A DNA stretch of 60,919 nucleotides, filler included, from Pirum gemmata (GCA_002812295.1; 16 parts of 16 records of this genome joined end to end with filler, not necessarily neighbours in it); one strand, 5' to 3'; shown: positions 37,703-50,770, counted from the first letter of the whole stretch. The notes: generated by a model not told the origin, from the letters alone. Made by a program: numbers and translations.

Positions 37703-39240
37703 AGTTAGATAGCCGCAACCAAACCCGTGAACACATTTTTCCCATACTTCGGCACATTTTAAAAAATTGACTTTCGCCGTTGTCACCCCATTAGCCGCTA
37801 ATAAATCCATCTCCAGTGATTCTCCACCCCATCTCTAAACGCCATTTCCCCTCCCCATTGGGCAATAACTCAAAGAACTTTCGATTGGGTCGGTTTCTTC
37901 TTCAAGGGTTAACAAAGGATTTCTTTGACTCGTATTACATTCAATAGGATTATCAACAACTTGTTCAATATTAAAATATTTATTAGTTAGACCTCTTGTA
38001 TTTATTTATTTTTCAATTCTTTAAGTATTTATTATAATAATTAATATTATTTCAATTTTTTATTTTGTTTTTTTACAAAAAATCAATTTCCCACAACAAG
38101 ACCCATGAACACGTATTTTCCATGCTTTAGCACATTAACCTTCGCCGCTGCCACCCATGTACTTAGTAGTTAGTACTACGACTACGCTTAGTCGGTAATA
38201 AATCTATTTCCACCCCATCTCTAAACGCTGTCTCCCCATTGGGCAACAACTCAATTGTTATTCATAAAAGAACGTCCGATTGAGCCGGTGTTTTCTCCAA
38301 GGGTTTTTTTCACTCAATATTTCATTTAAAATAGAATATCAACAACTTGTTCTATATTTAAATATTTATTAGTTAGATCTCTTGCATTTATTTATTTTTT
38401 AAAATTCAATTTTTATTAATTAATTATCTCAATTTTTTATTTTATTTTTTATATATAAAACATCAATTTGCCGCAACAAACTCCGTGAACACGCATTTTC
38501 CATACTTTGGCACATTAACCCGCCGTTGCCACCCCAGTTGCCGCTAATAAATCCATTTCCACACCCCATTGGGCAACAGCTCAATTGTTATTCGTAAAAG
38601 AACGTCCGACTGGGTCAGTGTATTCTTCAAGGGTTTTAAGAAAGGACTTCTTTGAATCATATTTTGTTTAATAGGATTATCAACAACTAGCTCAATATTT
38701 TTAAATATTTATTACTTAGACCTCTTGTATAATATTTATTTAGTTTTTAATTCATAAATTTAGTTAAAGTTTTTATTTATTATTATTATTGTTTTTAAAA
38801 AAAGTTAATAATTAATTATCTCAATTTTTTATTTTTTATTTTTTGTTTTTGTTGCAACAAACTCTGTGAACACAATGTCATGTACATTTTTTCCATATAC
38901 TTTGGCACATTAAAACCTTCGTTGTTGCCACCCCAGTGGACGCTAATAAATCAATTTCCACTCCATCTCTTAAACGCCATCTCCCCATTCGACAACAACT
39001 CAATTGTACTAATAAAAGAACGTCCGATTGGGTCAGTTTTTTCTTCAAGGGTTAACAAAGGATTTGTTTGACTCATACTTTATTTTTAATAGGAGTATCA
39101 ACAACTTGTTCAATATTTTTAAATGTTTATTAGTTAGACCTCTTGTATTTATTTATTTTTTTAAAAAATAAATAAATAAAATAATAATAATAATAATAAT
39201 AATTAATTATTTCAATTTTTTATTTTTTATTTTTTCTTTT
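37703..39240 (-). pseudogene. Four decayed tandem copies of the last ~250 nt of CDS plus 3' flank of the adjacent lactonase-like gene
   Basis: Units begin ~37703, 38081, 38462, 38850 and match 39249-39500 with indels. Confidence 0.85.
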
Positions 39241-39248
39241 ACATAAAA

Positions 39249-40568
39249 TCAATTTGCTGCAACAAACCCTGTGAACACATTTTTTCCATACTTTGGCACA
39301 TTAACCTTCGCTGTTGCCACCCCAGTGGCTGCTAATAAATTCATTTCAACCCCATCTCTAAATGCCATCTCCCCATTCGACAACAACTCAATTGTACTCA
39401 TAAAAGAACGCCCGATTGGGTCGGTTTTTTCTTCAAGGGTTAACAAAGGATTTCTTTGACTCATGTTCCATTCAATAGGATTATCAACAACTTGTTCAAT
39501 TACATATAAATATTTACCGTCTACCGAAATTTTACCATCCAAAGCACCCGCCAAAGAGAATGGTCCTGGTCCTGGCCTACCTAAGTTTAAAACGGTGGAT
39601 ACCGTCGCAATTAACTCTAAAGTGCCGTTGCTATGTACACGAAAGGATTGTATTTTTGAAGTAGCAGTTGGGTCAACATTGTTTAGGTTAAGATTAGGAG
39701 CAATGACGTAGATGTAACCATCACGATAATCAGACCAACACGCATCTCCAAAATCAGCAATGGTAGTTTGATTGAGAGAACGTAAACTACCGTCTTCTTT
39801 GTTTAGTTGATAACTTTCTAGTTTGGCCGTAAAATTTTCGTTATCAAAAGTATTGACAGCCACAACTATCCCATCATCGGCTTCGTTAAAAGCAAAAACG
39901 CGACTGTCTATGATTGTATTTTTGGTATCAATTTCAGTAACTAATGTAAGACATGAATTTTCATAATCAATTCGATAACTAAACATACCAACATCTTTAG
40001 AAGCAACTATAATAGTATCACCATCATTGCTGATAGAAATCTGGGATGGAGTCTGTTGCCATGGAAACGGGAGTCCCGTGATTAAATCGATGTTGCGATT
40101 AACGTCCGCATAAAATCCAGTAATTTTCTGCAATTTTTGTTTTTTTGAAATATGAAAACATTGAACACTTGCTCTATCGCTTTCTTCTCCGCCACAATTT
40201 AAAGCACATACTAAATTATTTTTAATCGAAACGCTGCAAGGCCTTGACCCGTTGGTATCCACTACATCGCGTACTACTAATGATAAATCGCGCTCGATAG
40301 ACATTAGAGAAATAGAATTGCTATAATATATATATTATATATTAATAATAATAAAAATAAGAATAAATAATAAATAAATTAATAAATTAGTTTTAAACAA
40401 ATAAAAACAATAATAAATATGAAAAATAACAACCATAATAACAATCTGAATAATATAATATCATAGCATATTATTATTATTATTTTGTTATTAAAATATT
40501 AATATTGTATTATTATTAATTGTTGTTATCATTGTATTATTATTATTATTATAATATTATTATTATTC

Positions 40569-40599
<31 letters not shown>

Positions 40600-41190
40600 T
40601 TGATAGCATATTATTATTATTATTATTATTTATTATTATTATTATCATATATGTTTATTGATTAAAAATTACCTATATGTATTTGCAGCAACAACATATC
40701 TATAACCATCTGAAACTAAGCCAAATTGAGAATTAAAAGTAGCACCACTTCCAGGAAAGTTTACTTGTTGTCTCCAATCCATTTTGCCCCTTGTATTAAC
40801 TTCTGAAATTAATCTAATCGTATTGTTATATTCTTGGAGAACACTGACTATATGATTATTGGATTGATCCGCTGCAGAAGTAAACACTAACCCTATGTCA
40901 TTTCCTCCTATATATATTAATTAATTAAAACAAGAAAAATCAAAAACAAATCAAATTATTAATAAATATTAATAAAATAAATAAGTATATGAAAATAACT
41001 AAATGAAAATAAATTTAATCACATAAAATTAATTTTATTAGTATAAAGTATTGAATTATTGTAATAAATAATAATATTATTTATTACCTTTATTTTTGTT
41101 TGATGAATGAGAGGCGATAATAACATTGAAATTCAATACCGTTAATGTTGTTGTTAATAAAAACGAAAATAAAGATTTATTTATAAACAT
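39249..41190 (-). CDS. Secreted lactonase/3-carboxymuconate cyclase-like beta-propeller (exons 41190-41088, 40907-40673, 40320-39249; 469 aa)
   Basis: Signal peptide MFINKSLFSFLLTTTLTVLNFNVIIA; phase-compatible introns; motifs NSQFGLV..VVAANTYSNSISLMSI, GSRPCSVS...VCALNCGG, TPSQISISNDG, DACW. Confidence 0.75.
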
Positions 41191-41583
41191 GTTTTTTGTT
41201 GTTGTTATGGTTTGATTAATTAACTTATAAATTCAATAATTAAAAAGCGGTTTTTCTTATTNNNNNNNNNNNNNNNNNNNNNNNNNNNNNNNNNNNNNNN
41301 NNNNNNNNNNNNNNNNNNNNNNNNNNNNNNNNNNNNNNNNNNNNNNNNNNNNNNNNNNNNNNNNNNNNNNNNNTAATAATAATAATAACAAACCTACCTC
41401 TACGCCAAACCTTTCCCCTAATCCTAACCCTAACCCTCACCTTTACCTTAACCTTAACCTTAACCTTAACCTTAACCTTAACCCAACCCTATTGACCCTA
41501 ACCCAAACCTTAACCCTAACCCTAACCCTAACCCTGTCCCTGACCTTGACCCTGAATCATAATATTATTAATACTACTAATAC

Positions 41584-41706
41584 CTCGACATGATGCCCTT
41601 TGTAAACAGACCCAGAAGAGCCCTTTCCTAAAACATCTTTAGAAGAAAAAACAAATTTACCCACCTGCCTCAGACTTTTTCCCTCCCCCCGATCCCTCTG
41701 TTTCAT
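41584..41706 (-). CDS. ULK1/Atg1-like Ser/Thr kinase, first coding exon
   Basis: MKQRDRGEGKSLRQVGKFVFSSKDVLGKGSSGSVYKGHHVE|GT; resembles ULK1 VGKFEFSRKDLIGHGAFAVVFKGRH. Confidence 0.7.
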
Positions 41707-43210
41707 TACTTTTGTCCACCAAACAAATTCCTATTAATATATTATCTATTTGTATACTTAGTGTATTAATCTAGTTCATGTGCCATTTTATGACGGTGGT
41801 GGTGGTGGTGGTTGCAAATTATTACTAATAATTTTATGTACAGAAAATAAGATGATGACCACGCGGATGTTTTTACCTATTTATTATTATTTCTTGTTCT
41901 TGTCGTTATTACCAATTATTCTTATTCTTATGATGGTGGTGGTGGTAGTAGTGGTGGTTGGTGTTGTTGTAGTTGTTGTTAATTTAATTTATTATTAGTG
42001 TTAATTTATTATTAATGATATTATTATTATTATTGTTATTGTTATTGTTGTTGTTGTTGTTCTTGTTCTTGTTGCTGTTGTTGTTGTNNNNNNNNNNNNN
42101 NNNNNNNNNNNNNNNNNNNNNNNNNNNNNNNTTAATTAATTAANNNNNNNNNNNNNNNNNNNNNNNNNNNNNNNNNNNNNNNNNNNNATTAATAATAATA
42201 TTTATTATTTATTATTTATTATTTATTATTTATTATTATCGATACATATATAATTCATATGCTTTTATTTTGATTCATATAATATACATATAATATAGAC
42301 TCCCTCATTTTATAAAAGCGATAGAGACGTCGACGTCATTTGAAAGAAAAGTAATACCAATATTAATATATTATATAATTATATTATTATCATATATGAT
42401 AAGGGGGATGATTAGCTAATCCACAGAATAAAATTTAATAAATAAAAATGGATTCATCAAGAATTACCAAGTGAAAGTCGGGAGTAACGTGATCGATATA
42501 GCTCTTAGCTAGCATCAAGTTGTTGCCATTCCTGCTATGGATACCTTTATTATAATTAGTAGTTGGGATTAAGAAGAAAATGCTGATTGCTAAAAATAAC
42601 CGTTTACATATAAACAATTGAAATCCTGCAAACGATACTGGATCCCGGAGGCATGCATAATTATGTTTCATAACAAAGCATAAAAGCAAAGCACAAAAGC
42701 AAACCGAAAACCGAAGTGAAAACGTCACAGTTAGTTAGTGTGAGAGGTTAGTGGTTATAATTAGCATTAGGGACTATCAGGGTGTATGGGCATACGTAGG
42801 GTTGAGGTCGAGGTTGGGTTTAATGCTAATCCCGCCAATGGAGTTCAGACCCTCGGGGTGGAAGCCGTTGCTATAAAAATGGGAAATTCACTAAAAAAAA
42901 TTATTAATAAGCTTCAGTTTATAATTATATTTATTAATTAATTAGAATTTTTTTGCAAGTACTAGTTTACATGATATTGTGCACGTGAGACATAATATAT
43001 AAAATTATAAATAATAATATGACTTTCCACGTTATTGATGATTAACATGTCCAAATTTAAACAATTGGAACCTGGGGCGTATTAATTAATTAAGGGAATG
43101 ATATGATCGATTCCCCAATATATTGCAATTGCACACATGTGTAACGTATTTCGGTTGTTTTGGCATCATAAAGTATACTATATTGTATTAATTTTTATTC
43201 TTTTTATGTA

Positions 43211-43445
43211 TTATATTATATTTTTTAATCCATCCGGAATTGATTCTGGTGATTGTAATCCAGAATCTGGAAATGATGATAATGATATTGGAAATGATTC
43301 AGACGTAAAAGCAGAAGAACCAGGTAATGATCTGCGTATAGAAGCAGGAGAAGGAGATGCACCAGATAATGAACTGATTGGTTGTATAGAATTTATCGGA
43401 TTACTGTTTACAGAAAGATTTTTAGAATTGCTAAAAGACAAAGAA
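43211..43445 (-). pseudogene. Ser/Pro-rich coding fragment abutting a family A MITE
   Basis: Protein-like open frame ending in a stop, with no start; a MITE copy begins at ~43450. Confidence 0.3.
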
Positions 43446-44269
43446 ATATAAAGAGTACAATGTAAATCAATTTAATTTGATTTGGTATATTTTATTAAAT
43501 ATGTATTCATTTAAAAGGTCAGTTTTTAAAGGTTATAACCCACCAAATAAACGAAAAGCACAATATTAATACACTAGATAAAAGGAAACTTCAAGGTAAA
43601 CTTTAACCGAATTCGAAGAAATTACAGGGCCATTTCGTAGACAGGGTATAATCATGATGAGTATAATTTTATATAATCATAACTATGCATATGATTAATA
43701 TAGATTATAAATTATTATTAGAATTTATTATACATATAGATAATAATAATAATTAATATAATGATAATATTTTAATATTCTAATACTGACTGTAGCTCCT
43801 TGGAGATATGGGAAAAACCATCGAATCGAGACTAGTTTGAAACCTTCAGAATTTTTCGATTTTTGATTTCATTAGATAATTCTTAGAAATTTCATAGAAA
43901 AAAACTTGAAACTCGAAAAAACGAATATCATTTCAAAATTTTCACTAATATTGAATAATAAGGATCGAGTTGTTTGATTTAAAATCATAATTTTATAATT
44001 AATTTTTAGGGTGAATTAACTTCGGGGTTAGGGTTAACATACTTATATGGTAGGGTTCTTTATGATTATCTTTTGGGTCAAACGTTATAAATATTATCGT
44101 GCTTTTCAGAGTGATAAAATAAATGAAAAGCGCTATAATATCTTTAAAAATCAGAGATAGTTGTAATATCAGGTTAGTGGAATCGTTGTTCTCTTTTTAG
44201 GTTTACCCTACGCGTAGTACTAGTCCTTGATTGAAACTTTAGTTATGATAAATTTATAAATATATTATA

Positions 44270-44450
44270 GTGGTTTTCAGTTATTTTGTCATAATAAAAT
44301 ATACAATAAAGAGTACCAAATCAATACAATATAATACCATTTAATTTAATTTCGTATATTTTATTATCTAGGTATTGATTTAAAAATATCAATTTAAATA
44401 TTATAACCCACCAAATAAATATTTAGAGTGAAAAAATAAATGAAATACAC
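44270..44450 (+). mobile_element. MITE family A, Tc1/mariner-like (copies ~5256, 29256-29402, 30666-30837, 32400-32570, 43450-43561, 44100-44133, 44932-45049, 53552-53738, 56855-57009, 58486-58630)
   Basis: ~180-190 bp; TIR T(A/C)GTGCTTTTCA / TGAAAAGCAC(G/T)A, often flanked by TA; conserved core GTACCAAATTAATACAATATAAATCCATTT...GGTTATAACCCACCAAATAAATATTTAGAGTG. Confidence 0.8.
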
Positions 44451-44631
44451 GATACAATTTATTGATATATTGATATAATGTATCATATACAAGTGTAATT
44501 TGTTGCCTGAGAAAATAAAAATAACTCGCATAAAAATAACACACTTCACGAAGAAAAAAGTAATAATGGTTGTTGCTTTCAGTTTGCTTTCTTGTCTACT
44601 CTATATATAGTAGTCTACTGTTAGGCATATT

Positions 44632-44900
44632 ACCCTAACCCTAACCCTAACCCTAACCCTAACCCTAACCCTAACCCTAACCCTAACCCTAACCCTAACC
44701 CTAACCCTAACCCTAACCCTAACCCTAACCCTNNNNNNNNNNNNNNNNNNNNNNNNNNNNNNNNNNNNNNNNNNNNNNNNNNNNNNNNNNNNNTTACCCT
44801 AACCCTAACCCTAACCCTAACCCTAACCCTAACCCTAACCCTAACCCTAACCCTAACCCTAACCCTAATCCCTAACCCCTAACCCCTAACCCTAACCCCC
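44632..44900 (-). repeat. (CCCTAA)n tract spanning a scaffold gap, interstitial
   Basis: Near-perfect telomere repeats with unique DNA on both sides. Confidence 0.9.
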
Positions 44901-45366
44901 CTACCCACATTACTATTGTATATAACATATAGCGCTTTTCATTTATTTTGTCATTCCAAATATTTATTTGGTTGGTTATAAATTTTTAATTGGCATTGTT
45001 AAAATAAATAAATGGATAATAAAATATACACAACACTACTGAAAAGCACGATAACACGAAGGAAAAGAGAAAATCAAAATAATTAAAAAAACAGTATACA
45101 TGTGCATAAAGAAGTCTCAAAAATAATGCGAGGTGGTGAGAATGGCCGTCCGTGAACACGTGCATAAATTTATTAATCGGGTATGTTGAAAAATGAATTT
45201 GGTAGGTAGTAATATAAATAAATTTGATATTGTTTTTTAAATATGGGCTTAGATAGACTACCTGTGTAATTTTATTTTGTTACCCTTTAGTTATGAGACA
45301 CGGCTAGGTCTGAGACAGGTAGTAGCCAGTTCGTAGGGGAGCGTAATCGTAACGCCAATTTCCGGT

Positions 45367-45462
45367 CAAATACAGCTTCAAATGCCCCTACCTACCTACC
45401 CCTCGACGTTAATTTCCGGTCAAATACCACCTACCTACCTACCCCTTGACGTGACGTATTAT
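45367..45462 (+). repeat. Dispersed repeat (second copy ~3295-3390)
   Basis: AAATACAGC.TCAAAT.CCCCTACCTACCT...CCCCTTGACGTGACGTATTATTT in two different contigs. Confidence 0.75.
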
Positions 45463-45807
45463 TTATTGTAGGGGGTCTACTAGTAGCCTAGTTTGTCCAC
45501 TTCGCGCGTTTTTTTTTTTTTTTCTGTTTTTTTTTTTAATTTTTTTTTTAGACTACCAGTAATGTACTTTGTCATTTTTTTTTTTTTATGATATGATATT
45601 ATGATATACATAATATATAAATAAATAAAACAACTAGAACAACAACAACAAAAAAATTAAACAATTACAACATTTTAAAACAATAAAATAAACATGCACA
45701 TGAAAGCCATTTTTTAAATATTTTAATATATATGTATATAAAGTAGTGTGTTTTGAAACGATTTAAAGAATTGAATAAAGAAGAAAAAACCGATAATTAT
45801 AATTAAG

Positions 45808-45863
45808 ATGGAGTTGGCGGGATATCAACTATTCGATGAAATTGGTGCTGGAGCTTTTGGAAA
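45808..45863 (+). CDS. Protein kinase, first exon
   Basis: MELAGYQLFDEIGAGAFG(K)|GTAATG: glycine-rich loop followed by a donor site. Confidence 0.7.
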
Positions 45864-46044
45864 GTAATGTTTTAGCTTTATACAATAAANNNNNNNNNNN
45901 NNNNNNNNNNNNNNNNNNNNNNNNNNNNNNNNNTTAATTAATTAANNNNNNNNNNNNNNNNNNNNNNNNNNNNNNNNNNNNNNNNNNNNTAATAATAATA
46001 ATAATAATAGTAATAATAATAATAATAATGAAATAATAAATTTA

Positions 46045-46778
46045 TTAATTATTGCATTGGCATAATTTTTCATCTACAGGTATAGTTAAATCATTTCTAA
46101 ATACATTACATGGATCAAATTGACATTTCACTTTAACTAATCCATCATACCACTCTTTGCTAGGGTAATAATCTTTCCAATCTTTTGCCATGGTAGTTTT
46201 CCCTGCTTTAACACTGCTAGTAGCCAAGAATATTTCGGTTGGATCCCCTTGTTGATGCCAATATTTCTGTGTTTTTGACTTATAGTCAATTAACCTTTTC
46301 CCAATCATATCAGCTTGTGAGTCACATTTAAAAAAAATCCAATCATCAATTGCAAGTTTAAAATTTCGAAATGGAAATTTGTTTTTGTTCTTATTCATAG
46401 AGATAGCGCTATCTTGCTCTGTTTTCCCACCCCGCGCGTACAACTGAAAAGCAAAATAAGAATCCTTAATTTTTAGTCTTTCATCTAACTCTTGAGCCGT
46501 TTCTTCAAAAAAATCAGTTTCGGAAAAATCGATGGTTGTTGGAATATTGTGCACATGATAACGATCATCATAAGTTGCTTTTAGATCAAATAAGAACGAA
46601 CTACTCAGTGTTAATAAATTCTTATTTACTAATTTGGTGGTTTTTGTAGGTTGTAATTTTTCGAAAGGTAAAATGAAATCGGTGTACATAGTTTCAGTTA
46701 TATTTTTGGTGTCTACTCCAGTGTAAAGCAAGCTAACTGACATCCAGGTAATTGTTGTATTCATTTTTCCATCTGAAC
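46045..46778 (-). CDS. FAD-linked oxidase C-terminal exon with berberine-bridge-enzyme (BBE) domain
   Basis: YYPSKEWYDGLVKVKCQFDPCNVFRN matches the BBE pattern Y...L..VK..DP.NVF; TAG acceptor at 46779-46781. Confidence 0.75.
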
Positions 46779-46896
46779 CTATTATTATTATTATTAAAAT
46801 AATATAATTTTATTATTATTATTATCCTTATTATTATTATTATTATTATAAGTAATACTATAATAATACTAATAATAATAATATAATAATAATAAC

Positions 46897-46948
<52 letters not shown>

Positions 46949-47384
46949 TAATACTAGTCTAATAATAATAATAATAATATATATATGAGTATTTACATTC
47001 TTAAATTGTAATTGTATTATTGTTATTGTTATTGTTATTGTTATTGTTATTATTCTTATTATTTTTATTATTTTTATTATTATTTTTATTATCATTATTA
47101 TCATTATTATTATTAATATCATTGCTGTTATTGTTATTAGTGTTAATATTGTTATTATTGTTAGTAATTTTATATTTTTGGTTTTCTTAAACTTAGAATA
47201 ACTAATAATGAATTATTATTATTCTACTAATTCCACCGCCACCACCACCATCTGTCACCATTACCACCATCATCATCACCACCATCACCACCATCACCAC
47301 CATCACCACCATCACGACCATCATCACCACCATCACGACCATCATCACCACCATCACCATCACCACCACCGCCATCATAAATAG

Positions 47385-48709
47385 AAATGAACAAAACATA
47401 CATATCTGGCGATATCAAAATCATTGGAATAAAACAAGCATTAAATCTAAATAACGTCGGAGTGCGAATAGCCGGTGGAGCTTCCTTTCAGGACAAAAGT
47501 AATTTTTACTTCAAAGCAAATGAATTTCGACTGAAAGGTGGCAAAAAAAGAGATTTTTGGGGTTGGGATCGATTCAGTATTAAAAAATCAATGCAACAGG
47601 ATCGTAGTACATTATGTGCGGATAAATTAGCCTCCGATATAGCAATAGCAATAGGTTATTATCCTCGTTATGTTACTTATGCTTCTGTATGGCATAATGG
47701 AGAGTACCTAGGTATGTATACTATTTTGCAAAGAATGAGAAAACAATGGATAAAACGAACATATGGCGTTCCTAGTAATGGGACACGTGGTTCTCATTAT
47801 AAATCAATTTCAGGTAATATTGATATGGTTGCTACAGTGGGTAAGGATCACACTTTTGACCAGAAATATAGTAATGAAAAACAAAATCCTGGTGCAGATC
47901 CTGGTAATGATCTGAAAATGTTTAGCAAGTATATGTTGAGTTTGAAAAATAAAACATCATTCACCAAGCAAGAAAAAGAGACACTAAGAAATACAGTAGA
48001 TTACACTACTTTTGCTAAAGCGGCCGTTTTGGGTTATTATGTTTATGATCTAGATAGTTATTTCGGTGCAGGGGTACATAATTTTGAATGGTATCATGAT
48101 TCTGTTGATAATAAATGGAAATTGTTATTATGGGATTTCGATAACGCGTTTGTAACTGGTGTAACTCCCGTGTCCAACATGAGAAAACTTAATAATGACA
48201 TTGTTTTGTCTGCTTTATTACTTGATTCTGAATATGTCAAAATCTACGAATCACTTTTAAAAAACACTGCATACCATGTGCTTCCTCCTTTTAATGAAAG
48301 TGATACAAATTTCCCTGAATACGTAAAAAGAATATTAGAATTTTATGACGTGGCTACTAATCCATTTTACGAAACAATTGAAAGAAGAAAAATTGGTGAT
48401 ACGAAAGAGATTTTACTTAAAGACTGGAAAATATTAGGTAGAGTAAGTAGAGGTTCTAAACAAGTGTTGGAAGTTTTAAATAAAGTCCCGGTTATACCAC
48501 TTGTTGATGATTCACAAAATAAAACAGGTAAGGAAGATGGGGTTGATGATGATGATAAGGATAAGATTAAAGATGAAAATAACATAACTAAAGGTGAAAA
48601 TAACATAACTAGAGGTGATAAAAGTGATTCACAAGGGTCCACTGCTTCTAAGCTTAACATTCATAGTATTACGAGTACTATCGTCCTACTATTGTTTGTT
48701 TACTTTTAA
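47385..48709 (+). CDS. CotH kinase-like protein with GPI-type C-terminus (5' part apparently missing)
   Basis: NVGVRIAGGAS, NGEYLGMY, DSYFGAGVHNFEWY..KWKLLLWDFDNAF; S/G-rich omega region and hydrophobic tail. Confidence 0.85.
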
Positions 48710-48807
48710 ATACCATTACCTTTTAATTATTAAGCTTGTTTTTTTAATGACTGAATAAATTTATTTGTTTGTTCGTTTGTTTTATTTTTTTAAAACGTTA
48801 TAATAAT

Positions 48808-48847
<40 letters not shown>

Positions 48848-49492
48848 GTAATGATGATGATGGAAGGATTCATATCATTTATCATATTATTCTTATTTTT
48901 TTTTTTAATAATATAAATAATCTCTTGTTGTTAATATCTTGGTTTTCGATCTCAACTAAGTCTAAATATAACATCAATGATAGAATAACGATCACATTGT
49001 TTGTGGTAATTGTAAGAATCTATTTCTTTAAAAAACAAAATAATTTCCTGCACCTAAAAGCTTATTTTTAATATTATTTTTTTATCCCTGTGATATCAAA
49101 AGTACAGCTCTGATTATAAATAAGGGTATAATAAAGTTTTTATTTTCTGATGCCAGGTTTCATTATTATAGATTTTTTTGAATTTACATGTACAACTTTT
49201 GTGAAAAAATGCAAGTTTTGACCCAAAGGCACGAATACTGACAACTGTGCCACTTGTCTACTGTGTCCCTACGCAATAAGTTAACTAAACTATATATTGT
49301 ATAAAATAGTTTTAATTCGATATTTATTACCGTGAAAAATAGAATAGGTGTATGTATAGTCTGGTGGTAACTAACTGTTTTTTGTGGGAACCGGGGTTCC
49401 TTCATAGTTGTATTTAACGAAAGAGCTGTTTTTTTTTGAAACGATTTTTTTTTTCGAACGAGTTCATGCTGTAGTAGTAGTTTTAATAGTAT

Positions 49493-49536
<44 letters not shown>

Positions 49537-49781
49537 TTATGGTAGCAGAAGCAATGCATTAGTTAGCTGTAATAGTAGTAGTATTATTATTATCATTATT
49601 ATTATTATTAGTAGTAGTAGTAGTAGTAGTNNNNNNNNNNNNNNNNNNNNNNNNNNNNNNNNNNNNNNNNNNNNTTAATTAATTAANNNNNNNNNNNNNN
49701 NNNNNNNNNNNNNNNNNNNNNNNNNNNNNNTGTTCTTGTTCTTGTTCTTGTTCTTGTTCTTATTGTTTTTGGTATTGTTAC

Positions 49782-49817
<36 letters not shown>

Positions 49818-49926
49818 CGTTATTATTATTATCGTTATTTTTATGTTATTGTTGTTGTTGTTGTTGTTGTCGTTGTTGTTACTGTTGCTGCTGCTGTTAT
49901 TGTTATTGTTGTTGTTATTGTTGTTT

Positions 49927-49960
<34 letters not shown>

Positions 49961-50136
49961 GATTATTCCACTTGTAGCTGTTTACGGATTTATCATAAAT
50001 AAATGTAATACAGAGAATTGGTTCAGATTTTAATAATGGTCGAAATATGTAGTAAGAATAATCATAATAATATATTAATAACAATATTAACACCAACAAT
50101 TATACCAATGATCATACTGATAACGATAATACTAAC

Positions 50137-50182
<46 letters not shown>

Positions 50183-50277
50183 GGTTGGGCTTGACATTTT
50201 GGAAATTTCTCATAGTAATTTTGGTAATATTCGGGCAATAGCTATAAAACCAAAAACTGAAGAGTGAATCACTTTTG

Positions 50278-50770
50278 TGGTGTTCAAATCGAAGAGTTCA
50301 CATAGTCCGATCTAGTGACCTTACCACCTACCTTCCCCTCCTTTTGAACTATCTACGATACCAAGAGAGCGTCGTAAAGGTTAATGCCTGGTTTCTTTTT
50401 CTGAAAGGCATCGAATTCCAGTTTTGTCAGGTTTCTCTTTCTGATAGGTATCGAGTTTTAGTGTTCAGATCGAAGAGTTTCCGTTGTCTCTTACCTTCTT
50501 TTTTTTTTGAACTAACTACGATGCCAAGAGAAAATTGTAAAGGTTTATGTCTGAAAGGTATCGAGTTGTATTGTGATGATTGAAGAGTTCACTTAATTCG
50601 ATCTAGTGACGTTATCACCTACCTTCCCTTCTTTTGAACTAACTACGGTGCCAAGAGAGAGATATATGCCTGGTTTCTCTTTCTGAAAGGTATCGAGATG
50701 TTGTGTTCAGATCGAAGTAATTCGATCCAGTGATGTTGTTACCTACCTTCCTTCATTTTGAACTAACTAC
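50278..50770 (+). repeat. Three to four degenerate tandem copies of a ~130-bp unit
   Basis: GTTCAGATCGAAGAGTTCAC...CGATCTAGTGAC...CCTACCTTCC..TTTTGAACTAACTACG..GCCAAGAGA...CTGAAAGGTATCGA repeated. Confidence 0.75.

Noticed and set aside
44632..44900. True chromosome end
   Set aside because: Unique sequence on both sides of the same-orientation tract, so it appears interstitial
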